Shown in pieces: positions 1 to 8,422 of a stretch of DNA of 64,000 nt. Origin of the DNA: an uncultured Chloroflexia bacterium (lineage in GTDB: Bacteria; Chloroflexota; Limnocylindria; Limnocylindrales; CSP1-4). The notes below the pieces were generated by a model that did not search any database, was not told the origin of the DNA, and was given only the letters and a program-made list of their open reading frames with translations. The stretch covers positions 268,775-332,774 of the forward strand of contig CAWHDR010000001.1 in NCBI GenBank assembly GCA_963828165.1, in the 5' to 3' direction. The translations under genes and the position numbers were made by a program. Numbering within the stretch: the first letter of the stretch is position 1; the number at the start of each line of letters is the position of its first letter.

Positions 1-345
1 CCCGACGATGCCGGGGACGCTGACGTGAACGGTGGATCGGCCCTACCGTGGCGCCGCGCATGGATGCAGGGCGCGCTCTCGGCCCTCCTCAACCCCAAGC
101 TCGGTGTCTTCTTCCTCACGCTGCTGCCGCAGTTCATCTCGCCCGGCGACCCGCCCGCGGTACGGGCGCTGCAGCTGGCCGTCATCTTCGAGCTCATCGG
201 GCTCGCCTGGTTGTTGATCTATACGGCGATGCTCGGAGCGCTCGGCTCTGCGCTCGGACGCCCGGGGCCGCGACGGTTCATGCGCTGGGTCACTGGCACG
301 GTGCTGGTCGCGCTCGGCGCGCGCGTGGCCCTCGAACGCTCCTAG
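1..345 (+). CDS. LysE/RhtB family amino-acid exporter, C-terminal part (5' truncated by window edge)
   Basis: Open frame from nt 1 with no stop. Hydrophobic TM segments and the LysE-type motif region (LNPKLGVFFLTLLPQF) are present. Only ~110 aa of an expected ~210-aa protein. Confidence 0.55.
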   Translation, partial: PDDAGDADVNGGSALPWRRAWMQGALSALLNPKLGVFFLTLLPQFISPGDPPAVRALQLAVIFELIGLAWLLIYTAMLGALGSALGRPGPRRFMRWVTGTVLVALGARVALERS

Positions 346-352
346 CGCGAGG

Positions 353-700
353 TCAATGCAGTCGGTCTTGCCAGTCGTCCGGCACGCGCCCGGCGGGTCC
401 CGGTGTGGGCTGGTCGAGCGGGTGCGAATCCGGCGGCGCCAGGGGCGGACCCTCGCCGTACTGCTCGACCGTATAGCTCCAGAACCAGTCCTCATCGGGC
501 TCGAAGCTCTGGACCAGCGGGTGGCCGGCCTCCTGCGCGTGGTGGCTCGCGTGCTGGGATGGCGATGAGTCGCAGCACCCGACATGGCCACAGGCAGTGC
601 AGCGCCGGAGGTGAAACCACCAGCCGTCGGTAGCGAGGCACTCGACGCATCCCGTCCCGCTCGGCGGGACCGTTGGGTCGATCTCGTTGTCAGCCGCCAT
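353..700 (-). CDS. UBP-type zinc-finger domain protein
   Basis: 115-aa ORF with a Cys/His-rich pattern (CVEC...HLRRCTACGHVGCCDSS...H...HH) typical of Znf-UBP small proteins. Confidence 0.5.
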   Translation of the reverse strand: MAADNEIDPTVPPSGTGCVECLATDGWWFHLRRCTACGHVGCCDSSPSQHASHHAQEAGHPLVQSFEPDEDWFWSYTVEQYGEGPPLAPPDSHPLDQPTPGPAGRVPDDWQDRLH

Positions 701-758
701 CGATCATCCTCGGCGCATGCGCATGTGAACCGACATGGTAGAGCCCTTTCGCTGGTCG

Positions 759-1130
759 TTAGAGCTCCGTTGCGATGCGCTGCGCCGTGTACGTGGCCCA
801 CGGCTTCCTGGACTCGACTTCGACCCGCTCAAGGTCGCGGTTGCTGCGTTCGAGGAACGTCGCCAGCTGCTCCGTCGTGACGGGATGGCCGAGCACGTCG
901 CCGATCCCGTGTTCGATCGCGTGGACTGCATACCACTGCGGCCATTCCTGGTCGTAGACCCCGTTCAACTCCGTCTCCTCGTACCTGCCATGCGCCTCCC
1001 CCGCCTGCACGAGTAGCGCGTTGATCTGGGCGACGCGCTCGCCGTCGATGTCTCCCACGAATCTGGACCCCCTGCGCTGCTGCCGTCGCTGACAGTCTGG
1101 CCTTCGCGGCTGGCGAACGCATCCAGCCAC
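759..1130 (-). CDS. hypothetical protein downstream of a TetR regulator (true start may be internal)
   Basis: ORF begins 2 bp after the TetR stop on the same strand. The C-terminal ~90 aa look non-random (WPQWYAVHAIEHGIGDV...). The Arg-rich N-terminus is probably over-extended. Confidence 0.35.
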   Translation of the reverse strand: MAGCVRQPRRPDCQRRQQRRGSRFVGDIDGERVAQINALLVQAGEAHGRYEETELNGVYDQEWPQWYAVHAIEHGIGDVLGHPVTTEQLATFLERSNRDLERVEVESRKPWATYTAQRIATEL

Positions 1131-1132
1131 CG

Positions 1133-1807
1133 TCAGACCGGGTCCCGCACCCGCTCGAGGCCGTCGAGGATGACGTCGAGGCCGTATTCGAACTCGTTCG
1201 CATAGTCGTAGCCGGGCTTCATCGCGTGCTCCGTGATGAAATCGGCGAGGTTCTGGTACTCACCGGGCGCGAACGGCGCGAGCATCGTCTCTGACATCTC
1301 GACGATGTCGGAGGTGTCCTCGAACGGGAGATTCATCTTGGTCATGGCGAACCCGTAGATGTAGCTGTCCAGGAGCGAGTAGGCGGTCGCGGTCGCCGCC
1401 ATGTCGAAGCCAGCCGCCCGGAGACAGCCGATCACCGCGTCGTGATGTCGCAGGTTCGCGGGACCCGGATTGGTCCGCGACTCCATCAGGCCGATCGCCC
1501 ATCGATGGCGGAGCAGCGCATCGCGGACCGAGATGGCCCGCTGACGCATGGCGGTCTTCCAGTCCGCGCCGGCAACCGGCACATCGATCTCCGTGTAGAC
1601 CAGGTCCACGATGCCGTCGAGGACTCGCTCCTTGTTGGCGAAATGGTAGTAGAGCGCCATCGCCTCGACCCCGAGCGCCTGACCGAGCTTGCGCATGCTG
1701 AGGCCCTCGAGCCCGCTCTGATCGGCGAGTTTCATCGCGGCATCGAGGACCCGTTCGCGGGTCAATGGGATCCGACGCTGCGCCGGCCTCCTGGCCTGGG
1801 TCGTCAT
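1133..1807 (-). CDS. TetR/AcrR family transcriptional regulator
   Basis: N-terminal HTH region (RERVLDAAMKLADQSGLEGLSMRKLGQALGVEAMALYYHF) plus a TetR_C-like C-terminus. Divergent from an oxidoreductase gene. Confidence 0.8.
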   Translation of the reverse strand: MTTQARRPAQRRIPLTRERVLDAAMKLADQSGLEGLSMRKLGQALGVEAMALYYHFANKERVLDGIVDLVYTEIDVPVAGADWKTAMRQRAISVRDALLRHRWAIGLMESRTNPGPANLRHHDAVIGCLRAAGFDMAATATAYSLLDSYIYGFAMTKMNLPFEDTSDIVEMSETMLAPFAPGEYQNLADFITEHAMKPGYDYANEFEYGLDVILDGLERVRDPV

Positions 1808-1916
1808 GGGCTCCTTCCTCCCGCGATCGGCGGGTTTCGGGGGTTGACAGTTCTGACTTTACACCGTACATTCACGCCGTTGGCTTTACAGCGTACAGTA
1901 ACAGAAGGACGGATCG

Positions 1917-2933
1917 ATGCAAGCACTGGTTCAGGAGACCTACGGCTCAGCCGAGGTCACGCACATGACGGAGATCGACAAGCCGGAGATCGGCGACAAC
2001 GAGGTCCTGCTCCGGGTCCGCGCCGCGGGCGTCAACCCGGCCGACTGGGCGATCATGAGCGGTCTGCCCTACGTCGCCCGACCGGTCTACGGCCTGCGCA
2101 AGCCGAAGGTTGCCACCCGTGGAACGGATGTCGCGGGCGTGGTCGAAGCGATCGGCTCCGCTGTCACTCGTTTCATCGTCGGTGACGAGGTCTACGGATC
2201 GGCCAAGGGCTCGTACGCGGAGTACGCGGCCGCCGCCGAGGACCAGCTTGCCCCCAAGCCCGCCAGCCTCACGTTCGAGGAGGCAGCGGCCGTGCCGATG
2301 GCCGGTCTCGTCGCCCTGCAGGCCGTGCGCGACCACGGCAAGGTCCACGCGGGCCAGAAGGTCCTGATCAATGGGGCCTCGGGCGGCATCGGCACCTTCG
2401 CCGTCCAGATCGCCAAGGCCCTCGGCGCCGAGGTGACCGCGGTCGTCAGCACACGGAACATGGCGCTGGTCCGCTCGATCGGCGCGGACCACGTCATCGA
2501 CTACACGAAGGAAGACTTCACCAAGAGCGGCCTGCAGTACGACTTCATCCTCGACAACGTGTCGAACCACTCGCTGTCCGACCTCCGCCGTGTCCTCGCG
2601 CCGGCCGGGATGCTCGTGCCGAACGGCGGGCGCTTCGACAAGACGTGGATGGCCAGTGGCGGTCGGATCGTCCAGGGCAAGGTGCGGTTCCAGTTCGGAA
2701 GCCAGACCTTCGGCAACTTCCTCGTGAAGATGGGCCATGAAGGCCTGCTGGCCCTGACGGAGCTCATCGAAGCCGGCGACGTCGCACCGGTGCTCGATCG
2801 CAGCTTTGCGCTGAGCGAGACCGCCCAGGCGCTCGACCACGTCGGCGCGGGCCATGCCCGAGGCAAGACCACGATCGCGGTCGACGCGGCCGACGAGCGA
2901 AGCGTCGTCACCCCGCTGCGTGCGGTCGCCTAG
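1917..2933 (+). CDS. NAD(P)H-dependent zinc-type alcohol dehydrogenase / quinone oxidoreductase (MDR superfamily)
   Basis: Rossmann motif INGASGGIGTFAVQIAKALGA and a GroES-like N-domain. Divergently arranged with the TetR gene, a classic regulator/target pair. Confidence 0.8.
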   Translation: MQALVQETYGSAEVTHMTEIDKPEIGDNEVLLRVRAAGVNPADWAIMSGLPYVARPVYGLRKPKVATRGTDVAGVVEAIGSAVTRFIVGDEVYGSAKGSYAEYAAAAEDQLAPKPASLTFEEAAAVPMAGLVALQAVRDHGKVHAGQKVLINGASGGIGTFAVQIAKALGAEVTAVVSTRNMALVRSIGADHVIDYTKEDFTKSGLQYDFILDNVSNHSLSDLRRVLAPAGMLVPNGGRFDKTWMASGGRIVQGKVRFQFGSQTFGNFLVKMGHEGLLALTELIEAGDVAPVLDRSFALSETAQALDHVGAGHARGKTTIAVDAADERSVVTPLRAVA

Positions 2934-2981
2934 CGGCAACCCAGCGACTCACCGAGCCGCAGTCGGCGCCATCTCCAGCCA

Positions 2982-3428
2982 ATGACCACCACCGTTTCGA
3001 CGGATCGAAAGGAATCCATCATGACCAAGGCAACCGTCAAGAGACTCTTCATCGGCAGCATCCTCGCCGTGACCGCCGGCACCATCGTCGCGATCAGCGC
3101 CGTGTGGCTCGCGATCGCCAACGACATCTTCGTCATGGACGGAGCCGACATCGTCGGCATCCAGGGCAGCGCCCTCACGTGGGTCCTGGGCGCGTTCGGC
3201 ATCGCCGGCGCTCTCGCCTTCACGGGTGGACTGATCGGCGGCCTGAGCTCCTGGATCGGGGCCCTCCTGAACACCTCGCAGCTCGAGAGCAAGACCTGGT
3301 TCCTCGCAGTGCTCGTGCTTGGGATCTTCAACTTCGGCTTCTTCGCGATGATCGCCTACCTCATCGCCGGGCCGGACGGCACGTCGGCCGCGACCTCGCA
3401 CCGAGCGCCGGTGACCGCCACCGCGTGA
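2982..3428 (+). CDS. small integral membrane protein (4 predicted TM), unknown function
   Basis: Long hydrophobic stretches. The start is more likely the internal Met (MTKATVKRL). Confidence 0.45.
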   Translation: MTTTVSTDRKESIMTKATVKRLFIGSILAVTAGTIVAISAVWLAIANDIFVMDGADIVGIQGSALTWVLGAFGIAGALAFTGGLIGGLSSWIGALLNTSQLESKTWFLAVLVLGIFNFGFFAMIAYLIAGPDGTSAATSHRAPVTATA

Positions 3429-3583
3429 CCCAGGCGCCGCCGCCACGACGCCCGACGTCCTTTCGTACGTCGGGCGTCCCTGATTCCGCCTCCGACCGGT
3501 CACATTCGGGCGTCCCGCGGGGTCCTTGGGTTGACAAGCAAACACCGGTCGCCACAGATGGCGGCCAACCAGGAGCTCGCCGC

Positions 3584-4009
3584 ATGAACGCACCCTTCCC
3601 CGCCCGACCGATCAACCTCATCGACGCCGCCCTGCGAACCGCGATCGTCGGCCTCACGCTGGCCACCGCGTCCATCCACGCGACCCTGGGTGGCGCGCTG
3701 TTCACGCTGAACGCCATCGGGTACGTCGTCCTCGCCACCGCCATGGTCGCGCCGCTCGTGATCGCCAGCCGATTCCGCTGGATCGTGCGCATCGCGCTGG
3801 CTGGGTACGCCGCCACCACGATCGTCGGATGGGCGATCCAGGGGCCGTTCTACACGACCGCGTACGTCGCCAAAGCCATCGAGGTGACCCTGATCGTCCT
3901 TCTGGCCATCGATTTCGTGCGCTTCGATGGCAACCCGTTGACCGTCATCCGGCGCGAGCTTCGGAGTCTTTCCCGGCTCCTGCCGGTGTGGCCGCAGCTG
4001 CTGGGCTAG
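3584..4009 (+). CDS. small integral membrane protein (4 predicted TM), unknown function
   Basis: ATG at 3584 is preceded by AGGAGC, in frame with ORF 3104..4009. Four hydrophobic helices. Confidence 0.45.
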   Translation: MNAPFPARPINLIDAALRTAIVGLTLATASIHATLGGALFTLNAIGYVVLATAMVAPLVIASRFRWIVRIALAGYAATTIVGWAIQGPFYTTAYVAKAIEVTLIVLLAIDFVRFDGNPLTVIRRELRSLSRLLPVWPQLLG

Positions 4010-4497
4010 GGCGTCCGCCGCTCGATCAGCTCGGCGGTCCATTCACGCAACCGGCCGAGATGGTCGGCGAAGTGGTCACCGCCAGACTTGCGGATCCACC
4101 ACGCGGCTTCGTCGGTCGGCTGTTCGAGGATCGACCACTCCTCGACCATCCTCGTTCGGCCCGCGTGTGCCTGGATCCAGGCGACCTCCCAGGGTTGGCC
4201 CGCCATCGCCGCCAGGAACCTCGCGTTGAGCGCATCGATGTCGATCTCGTGGCCCTCGTAGGTCCCGGCGCTCATCCGTTCGAACTGGACCTCCGCCTCG
4301 GCGAGCCAGGTCCCGACATGCGCGACGACGTCACGGACGGTCCAGTCCGGGTCGCGGTAGTAGCCGGGGATCACGCACTCCTCGGGCGTGAGGGTGCGCA
4401 CGAGGGTCGTGAGCTCGTACCAGCCCGACCGCTCCGCCTCGAGTTCCGCGGCGTACGGATGATCGAGCCGTGCGACTGGCTGCCGGTCGACAGTCAT
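4006..4497 (-). CDS. DinB-like / mycothiol-dependent maleylpyruvate-isomerase N-terminal-domain family protein
   Basis: Start trimmed to ATG at 4497 (MTVDRQPV...). The C-terminal 163 aa are non-biased with the His-containing DinB_2 pattern (VRDVVAHVGTW). ATGA overlap with the upstream rhodanese gene. Confidence 0.55.
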   Translation of the reverse strand: MTVDRQPVARLDHPYAAELEAERSGWYELTTLVRTLTPEECVIPGYYRDPDWTVRDVVAHVGTWLAEAEVQFERMSAGTYEGHEIDIDALNARFLAAMAGQPWEVAWIQAHAGRTRMVEEWSILEQPTDEAAWWIRKSGGDHFADHLGRLREWTAELIERRTP

Positions 4498-4865
4498 GGC
4501 GCGGCCACGAACTCGCCCTCGAGCGGGAGGCCGGCGTCCTCCCAGTCGAGCAGGCCACCGGAGTAGCGCCGCACGTTCCGGTAGCCGCGCCGGACCAGGT
4601 CGCGGTAGAGCGCGACGCTCGAGAGGCAGTCGACATGTGAGCAATACACGACGACTTCGTCTTGGGGCGAGACCGCGGCGTACAGCTCGTCGGGCGTGTC
4701 GAAGTGGATCGAGCCGGGGATGTGCTTCGCGTCGAACGCCCAGCGGTTGAGCGCCATGATCAGCTTGACGTTCTCGCCGGCATCGAGTTTCGACTTGAGC
4801 TCGTCGCGGGCGATCGTGCGGATCGGCTCGAGTCCCAGGGCGGCATTCGGGCGGGGCTGGTCCAT
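4494..4865 (-). CDS. rhodanese-like domain (sulfurtransferase) protein
   Basis: Single rhodanese domain with active-site Cys loop (VVVYCSHVDCLSSV). The stop overlaps the next start by 4 nt. Confidence 0.7.
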   Translation of the reverse strand: MDQPRPNAALGLEPIRTIARDELKSKLDAGENVKLIMALNRWAFDAKHIPGSIHFDTPDELYAAVSPQDEVVVYCSHVDCLSSVALYRDLVRRGYRNVRRYSGGLLDWEDAGLPLEGEFVAAP

Positions 4866-4938
4866 GGTCCGATCGATTATCGCTCCGCGGATCGATCCAT
4901 TGCCCAGCGGCGGCTGCGTGCCGCCTCACCACCACCGA

Positions 4939-5256
4939 CTAGCGCATCGCGCGCTGGCGTCTGCCGCCGCCATGAGTCCCCTCGTTCACCTCGCCCTTGT
5001 TCTCTGCGAACGCGGCCAGCACTTCCCCCTTCTCCTGCTCGGGCACCTTGAAGTGATGGAGCGTGCGCCCCAGCTCAGCCGCGACGTCATCGAATTCCTC
5101 AGGCGAGATCTGAAGGTTGCGTTGCGCTTCCTCCAGGCCCGATCGCGTTTGTGCGAGGACGACACGAGCTTGTTCCTCTCGACCGATGAGTTTTGCGGCC
5201 GATCTCGGTCTACATAGGCGAACCTCGAACCCCAGGAGATCGACCGAGATGACCAC
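4939..5256 (-). CDS. truncated-hemoglobin-like protein, N-terminally truncated (possible gene remnant)
   Basis: The C-terminal 80 aa align by eye with helices E-H of group-1 truncated hemoglobins (ISPEEFDDVAAELGRTLHHF...VLAAFAENKGEV). The N-terminal A-D helix region is missing. The 5' end overlaps the MFS start by 8 bp. Confidence 0.35.
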   Translation of the reverse strand: MVISVDLLGFEVRLCRPRSAAKLIGREEQARVVLAQTRSGLEEAQRNLQISPEEFDDVAAELGRTLHHFKVPEQEKGEVLAAFAENKGEVNEGTHGGGRRQRAMR

Positions 5257-6868
5257 AACCGAAATCCGACAAGCAGGCCGGCGCGAATGGATCGGACTTG
5301 CCGTCCTCGCGCTCGCGTGCCTGCTCTACGTCATGGACCTGACCGTGCTGCACCTGGCCGTCCCGTCCATCAGCGAGGACCTCAAGCCGAGCAGCGCGCA
5401 GCTGCTCTGGATCATCGACATCTACGGGTTCATGGTCGCTGGGTTCCTCATCACGATGGGCACGCTCGGTGACCGGATCGGTCGACGCAAGCTCCTGCTC
5501 ATCGGCGCCGCGGCGTTCGGCGCGCTGTCGCTCCTGGCCGCGTTTTCGACCAGCGCGGAGATGCTGATCGTCAGCCGGGCGCTGCTCGGCATCGCCGGAG
5601 CGACACTCGCCCCGTCGACACTGTCGCTCATCTTCAGCATGTTCCCGGACCCGAAGCAGCGCGCGGTCGCCATCGGCGTCTGGATCTCCGCCTTCTCGGC
5701 CGGCAGCGCGATCGGACCGGTGCTGGGCGGAATCCTGCTCGAGCACTTCTGGTGGGGCTCGGTCTTCCTGCTTGCCCTGCCCGTGATGGTCCTGTTGCTC
5801 ATCCTCGGTCCCATCGTCCTTCCGGAGTACCGCGACCCCGATGCGGGGCGCCTCGACCTGGCCAGTGCCGTGATGTCGCTCATTGCCGTATTGGCCGTGA
5901 TCTTCGGACTCAAGCAGATCGCGCAGGACGGTTTCGGGCCCCTCCCCGTCTCGAGCGTCCTCCTCGGCATGGGCGTCGGCTTCGTGTGGGTCCGCCGGCA
6001 GCTGTCGCTGGCCGACCCGATGATCGACCTGCGCCTCTTCCGCATCCCGTCGTTCAGTGCTTCGCTCGTCATCAACTTCCTGGCCATCTTCGTGGCGGTC
6101 GGTTACTTCCTGTTCGTGGCCCAGTACCTGCAGCTCGTGGTCGGGCTATCGCCGCTCGAGGCGGGTCTGTGGTCCGTGCCCTCCGCGATCGGCTTCATCG
6201 TCGGGTCGAACCTGGCTCCGCGGATCGTCCAGCGCGTGCGAACGGCCTACGTGATGGGCGGCGGGCTGGCGATCGCAGCCGTCGGTCTCGGCGTTCTGAC
6301 GCAGGTTGGCGGTGTGGACGGCCTGGCGGTCGTCGTCGCGGGATCCGTCGTCATCTCCCTGGGGCTCGGCCCGGTCCTGGCGTTGACGACCGAGCTGATC
6401 GTCGGGTCCGCACCGCCGGAGCGTGCCGGCGCCGCCTCCGGGATCTCCGAGACCGGCGCCGAGCTCGGTGGAGCGCTCGGGATCTCGATCCTGGGCAGCA
6501 TCGGGATCGCCATCTATCGGAATGATGTGGCGAGCGGGCTCCCGGCCGGCGTGCCGGCGGAAGCCGCGACCATCGCCCGCGACACGCTCGGCGGTGCGGT
6601 GGGTGTTGCGGAACAGCTCCCAGGGCAGCTGGGCGTGACCGTGCTCGAGGTCGCTCGGGAGGCGTTCGTCCAGGGGATGCAGGTGGCCGCCGGCATCAGC
6701 GCCGTCATGGCCATCGCGGTCGCCGTCGTAGCCTTGATCGTCCTGCGCGACATGACGTCCAGCGGGGAGTCCGGAACACCGGCCGAGACAGACACGGACG
6801 GACCCGTGGACGCCGGTGGCAAGCGTCGCAAGGTGCTGAGCACAGGCTCCGCCCCGTCGGGCGCGTGA
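5249..6868 (+). CDS. MFS transporter, DHA2 (14-TMS drug:H+ antiporter) family
   Basis: Start trimmed to ATG 5249 (MTTTEIRQ), preceded by CCAGGAGA. MFS motifs (GTLGDRIGRRKLLLIG) and about 14 hydrophobic segments. 539 aa. Confidence 0.85.
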   Translation: MTTTEIRQAGRREWIGLAVLALACLLYVMDLTVLHLAVPSISEDLKPSSAQLLWIIDIYGFMVAGFLITMGTLGDRIGRRKLLLIGAAAFGALSLLAAFSTSAEMLIVSRALLGIAGATLAPSTLSLIFSMFPDPKQRAVAIGVWISAFSAGSAIGPVLGGILLEHFWWGSVFLLALPVMVLLLILGPIVLPEYRDPDAGRLDLASAVMSLIAVLAVIFGLKQIAQDGFGPLPVSSVLLGMGVGFVWVRRQLSLADPMIDLRLFRIPSFSASLVINFLAIFVAVGYFLFVAQYLQLVVGLSPLEAGLWSVPSAIGFIVGSNLAPRIVQRVRTAYVMGGGLAIAAVGLGVLTQVGGVDGLAVVVAGSVVISLGLGPVLALTTELIVGSAPPERAGAASGISETGAELGGALGISILGSIGIAIYRNDVASGLPAGVPAEAATIARDTLGGAVGVAEQLPGQLGVTVLEVAREAFVQGMQVAAGISAVMAIAVAVVALIVLRDMTSSGESGTPAETDTDGPVDAGGKRRKVLSTGSAPSGA

Positions 6869-6932
6869 TCCACCTCTCCCGCTCGGCGACGGCGCCAGGG
6901 CTGCCGCAGACCGACCCGGGTAGAATCGGTCG

Positions 6933-7943
6933 ATGACCGAACTTGCAGCCCCGATCGTCGCGACGCAGACCGTTCCACCGGCAGCGGCAGACGGCATCGA
7001 GCTCCAGCTGGAGCAGCATCGCGTGGAGCTGACCGCCTATTGCTACCGGATGCTCGGTTCGGCGTTCGAGGCGGAGGACGCCGTCCAGGAAACGATGATC
7101 CGGGCCTGGAAGGCGATCGATCGGTTCGAGGGACGAGCGGCGCTACGCTCGTGGCTCTATCGCATCGCGACGAACGTCTGTCTCGACATGCTCAACGGCC
7201 GTGCGCGGCGAGCCCGGCCCATGGACCTCGCCCCGGCCAAGTCGGCGGACACCCCGCTCGGGGCGGCGCTGTCCGACGGTGCGTGGGTCGAGCCGATGCC
7301 CGACAGCCGGATCGTCCCGGTCGGGGGCGATCCCGCCGACATGATGGTGCTGCGCGAATCGATCCGCCTGGCTTTCGTGGCCGCGTTGCAGCACCTGCCG
7401 CCCCGGCAGCGAGCCGTGCTGATCCTTCGGGAGGTCCTCCAGTGGCAGGCGACGGAGGTCGCGGAGCTCCTCGACACGTCGGTGGCATCGGTCAACAGCG
7501 CGCTCCAACGAGCGCGAGCCACGCTCGCGACGAAGGACGCCGCCGAGACGCCGTCCCAGCCGACGGATGACCAGCAACGCGCCCTCCTGGCCCGCTATGT
7601 CGACGCCTTTGAGCGCTACGACCTCGACTCGCTCACAGCCCTTCTGCACGAGGATGCCAGCTGGTCGATGCCGCCGTACGAGCTCTGGCTGCAGAGCCAC
7701 ATCGACATCCGCAAGTGGTGCCTGGGACCGGGCATCGCCTGTCGCGGCTCGCGCCTGATCCCGACCGTGGCGAACGGATCGCCTGCGTTCGGGCAGTACA
7801 AGCCGAGCCCGGATGGTGGCTTCGACCCGTGGTCGCTCCAAGTGCTGGACATCAAGGACGACCGGATCAACGGGATCATCTTCTTCCTGGACACCCCGAA
7901 CTTCTTCCCGCTCTTCGGACTGCCGCCCCGCCTCGAGGCGTGA
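6933..7943 (+). CDS. ECF sigma factor with SnoaL-like C-terminal extension (ECF41/SigJ-type)
   Basis: Sigma-70 region 2 (YRMLGSAFEAEDAVQETMIRAW) and region 4 (LPPRQRAVLILREVLQWQATEVAELL), followed by a ~150-aa SnoaL-like extension (YVDAFERYDLDSL). No adjacent anti-sigma gene. Confidence 0.8.
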   Translation: MTELAAPIVATQTVPPAAADGIELQLEQHRVELTAYCYRMLGSAFEAEDAVQETMIRAWKAIDRFEGRAALRSWLYRIATNVCLDMLNGRARRARPMDLAPAKSADTPLGAALSDGAWVEPMPDSRIVPVGGDPADMMVLRESIRLAFVAALQHLPPRQRAVLILREVLQWQATEVAELLDTSVASVNSALQRARATLATKDAAETPSQPTDDQQRALLARYVDAFERYDLDSLTALLHEDASWSMPPYELWLQSHIDIRKWCLGPGIACRGSRLIPTVANGSPAFGQYKPSPDGGFDPWSLQVLDIKDDRINGIIFFLDTPNFFPLFGLPPRLEA

Positions 7944-7950
7944 GATCGCG

Positions 7951-8394
7951 TCAGGCCGTTCCGAGGAGGTCGTCGAGCCCCACGAAGCACATCAGCGCTC
8001 GCAGCTCTGGCGAGACACCGCGCAGGAGAAGGCGTCGGCCGGCGCGCTTGGCGGTCAATCGCACGCGAGCCAGGGCATCGACCGCAACGCAGTCAGGGTC
8101 GGCCAGGCTGGCGACGTCACACACGACGAGCTCAGCGTCGCTCGCAACCACGGCGAGCTGAACGCGCGCACACAGCGCGGGGATGTCGGCGCGATCGATG
8201 CGACCGCCGATCTCGACGACGATCGCGCTCGGAGCGGCCTTCGGTCGCAGGGGACGCTTGGTGCCCGGCGCCAATTCCTCGGGGGCGACCAACAGCGGGT
8301 TCCTTCCGTGCTCCTGGCGATGAGGTTCGGAGGCGCCGACGAGTGATCTCGTCGGGCGCCACTTACTAAGACCGCCCATCGAGCCGAAACTCAT
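7951..8394 (-). CDS. STAS-domain protein (anti-sigma-factor antagonist-like)
   Basis: C-terminal ~100 aa have the STAS/SpoIIAA-like pattern (IVVEIGGRIDRADIPALCARVQ...VDALARVRL). Lies immediately downstream of the histidine kinase on the same strand. The N-terminus is possibly over-called. Confidence 0.55.
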   Translation of the reverse strand: MSFGSMGGLSKWRPTRSLVGASEPHRQEHGRNPLLVAPEELAPGTKRPLRPKAAPSAIVVEIGGRIDRADIPALCARVQLAVVASDAELVVCDVASLADPDCVAVDALARVRLTAKRAGRRLLLRGVSPELRALMCFVGLDDLLGTA

Positions 8395-8422
8395 CGGTGC
8401 GCGCAGGATCAGGGCTCGACCG

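Noticed and set aside
4696-5217. 173-aa plus-strand ORF between the rhodanese and MFS genes
   Set aside because: It overlaps the globin-like minus-strand ORF and has a Ser/Ala/Arg-rich composition without motifs. The minus-strand globin-like reading has recognisable helix E-H similarity.
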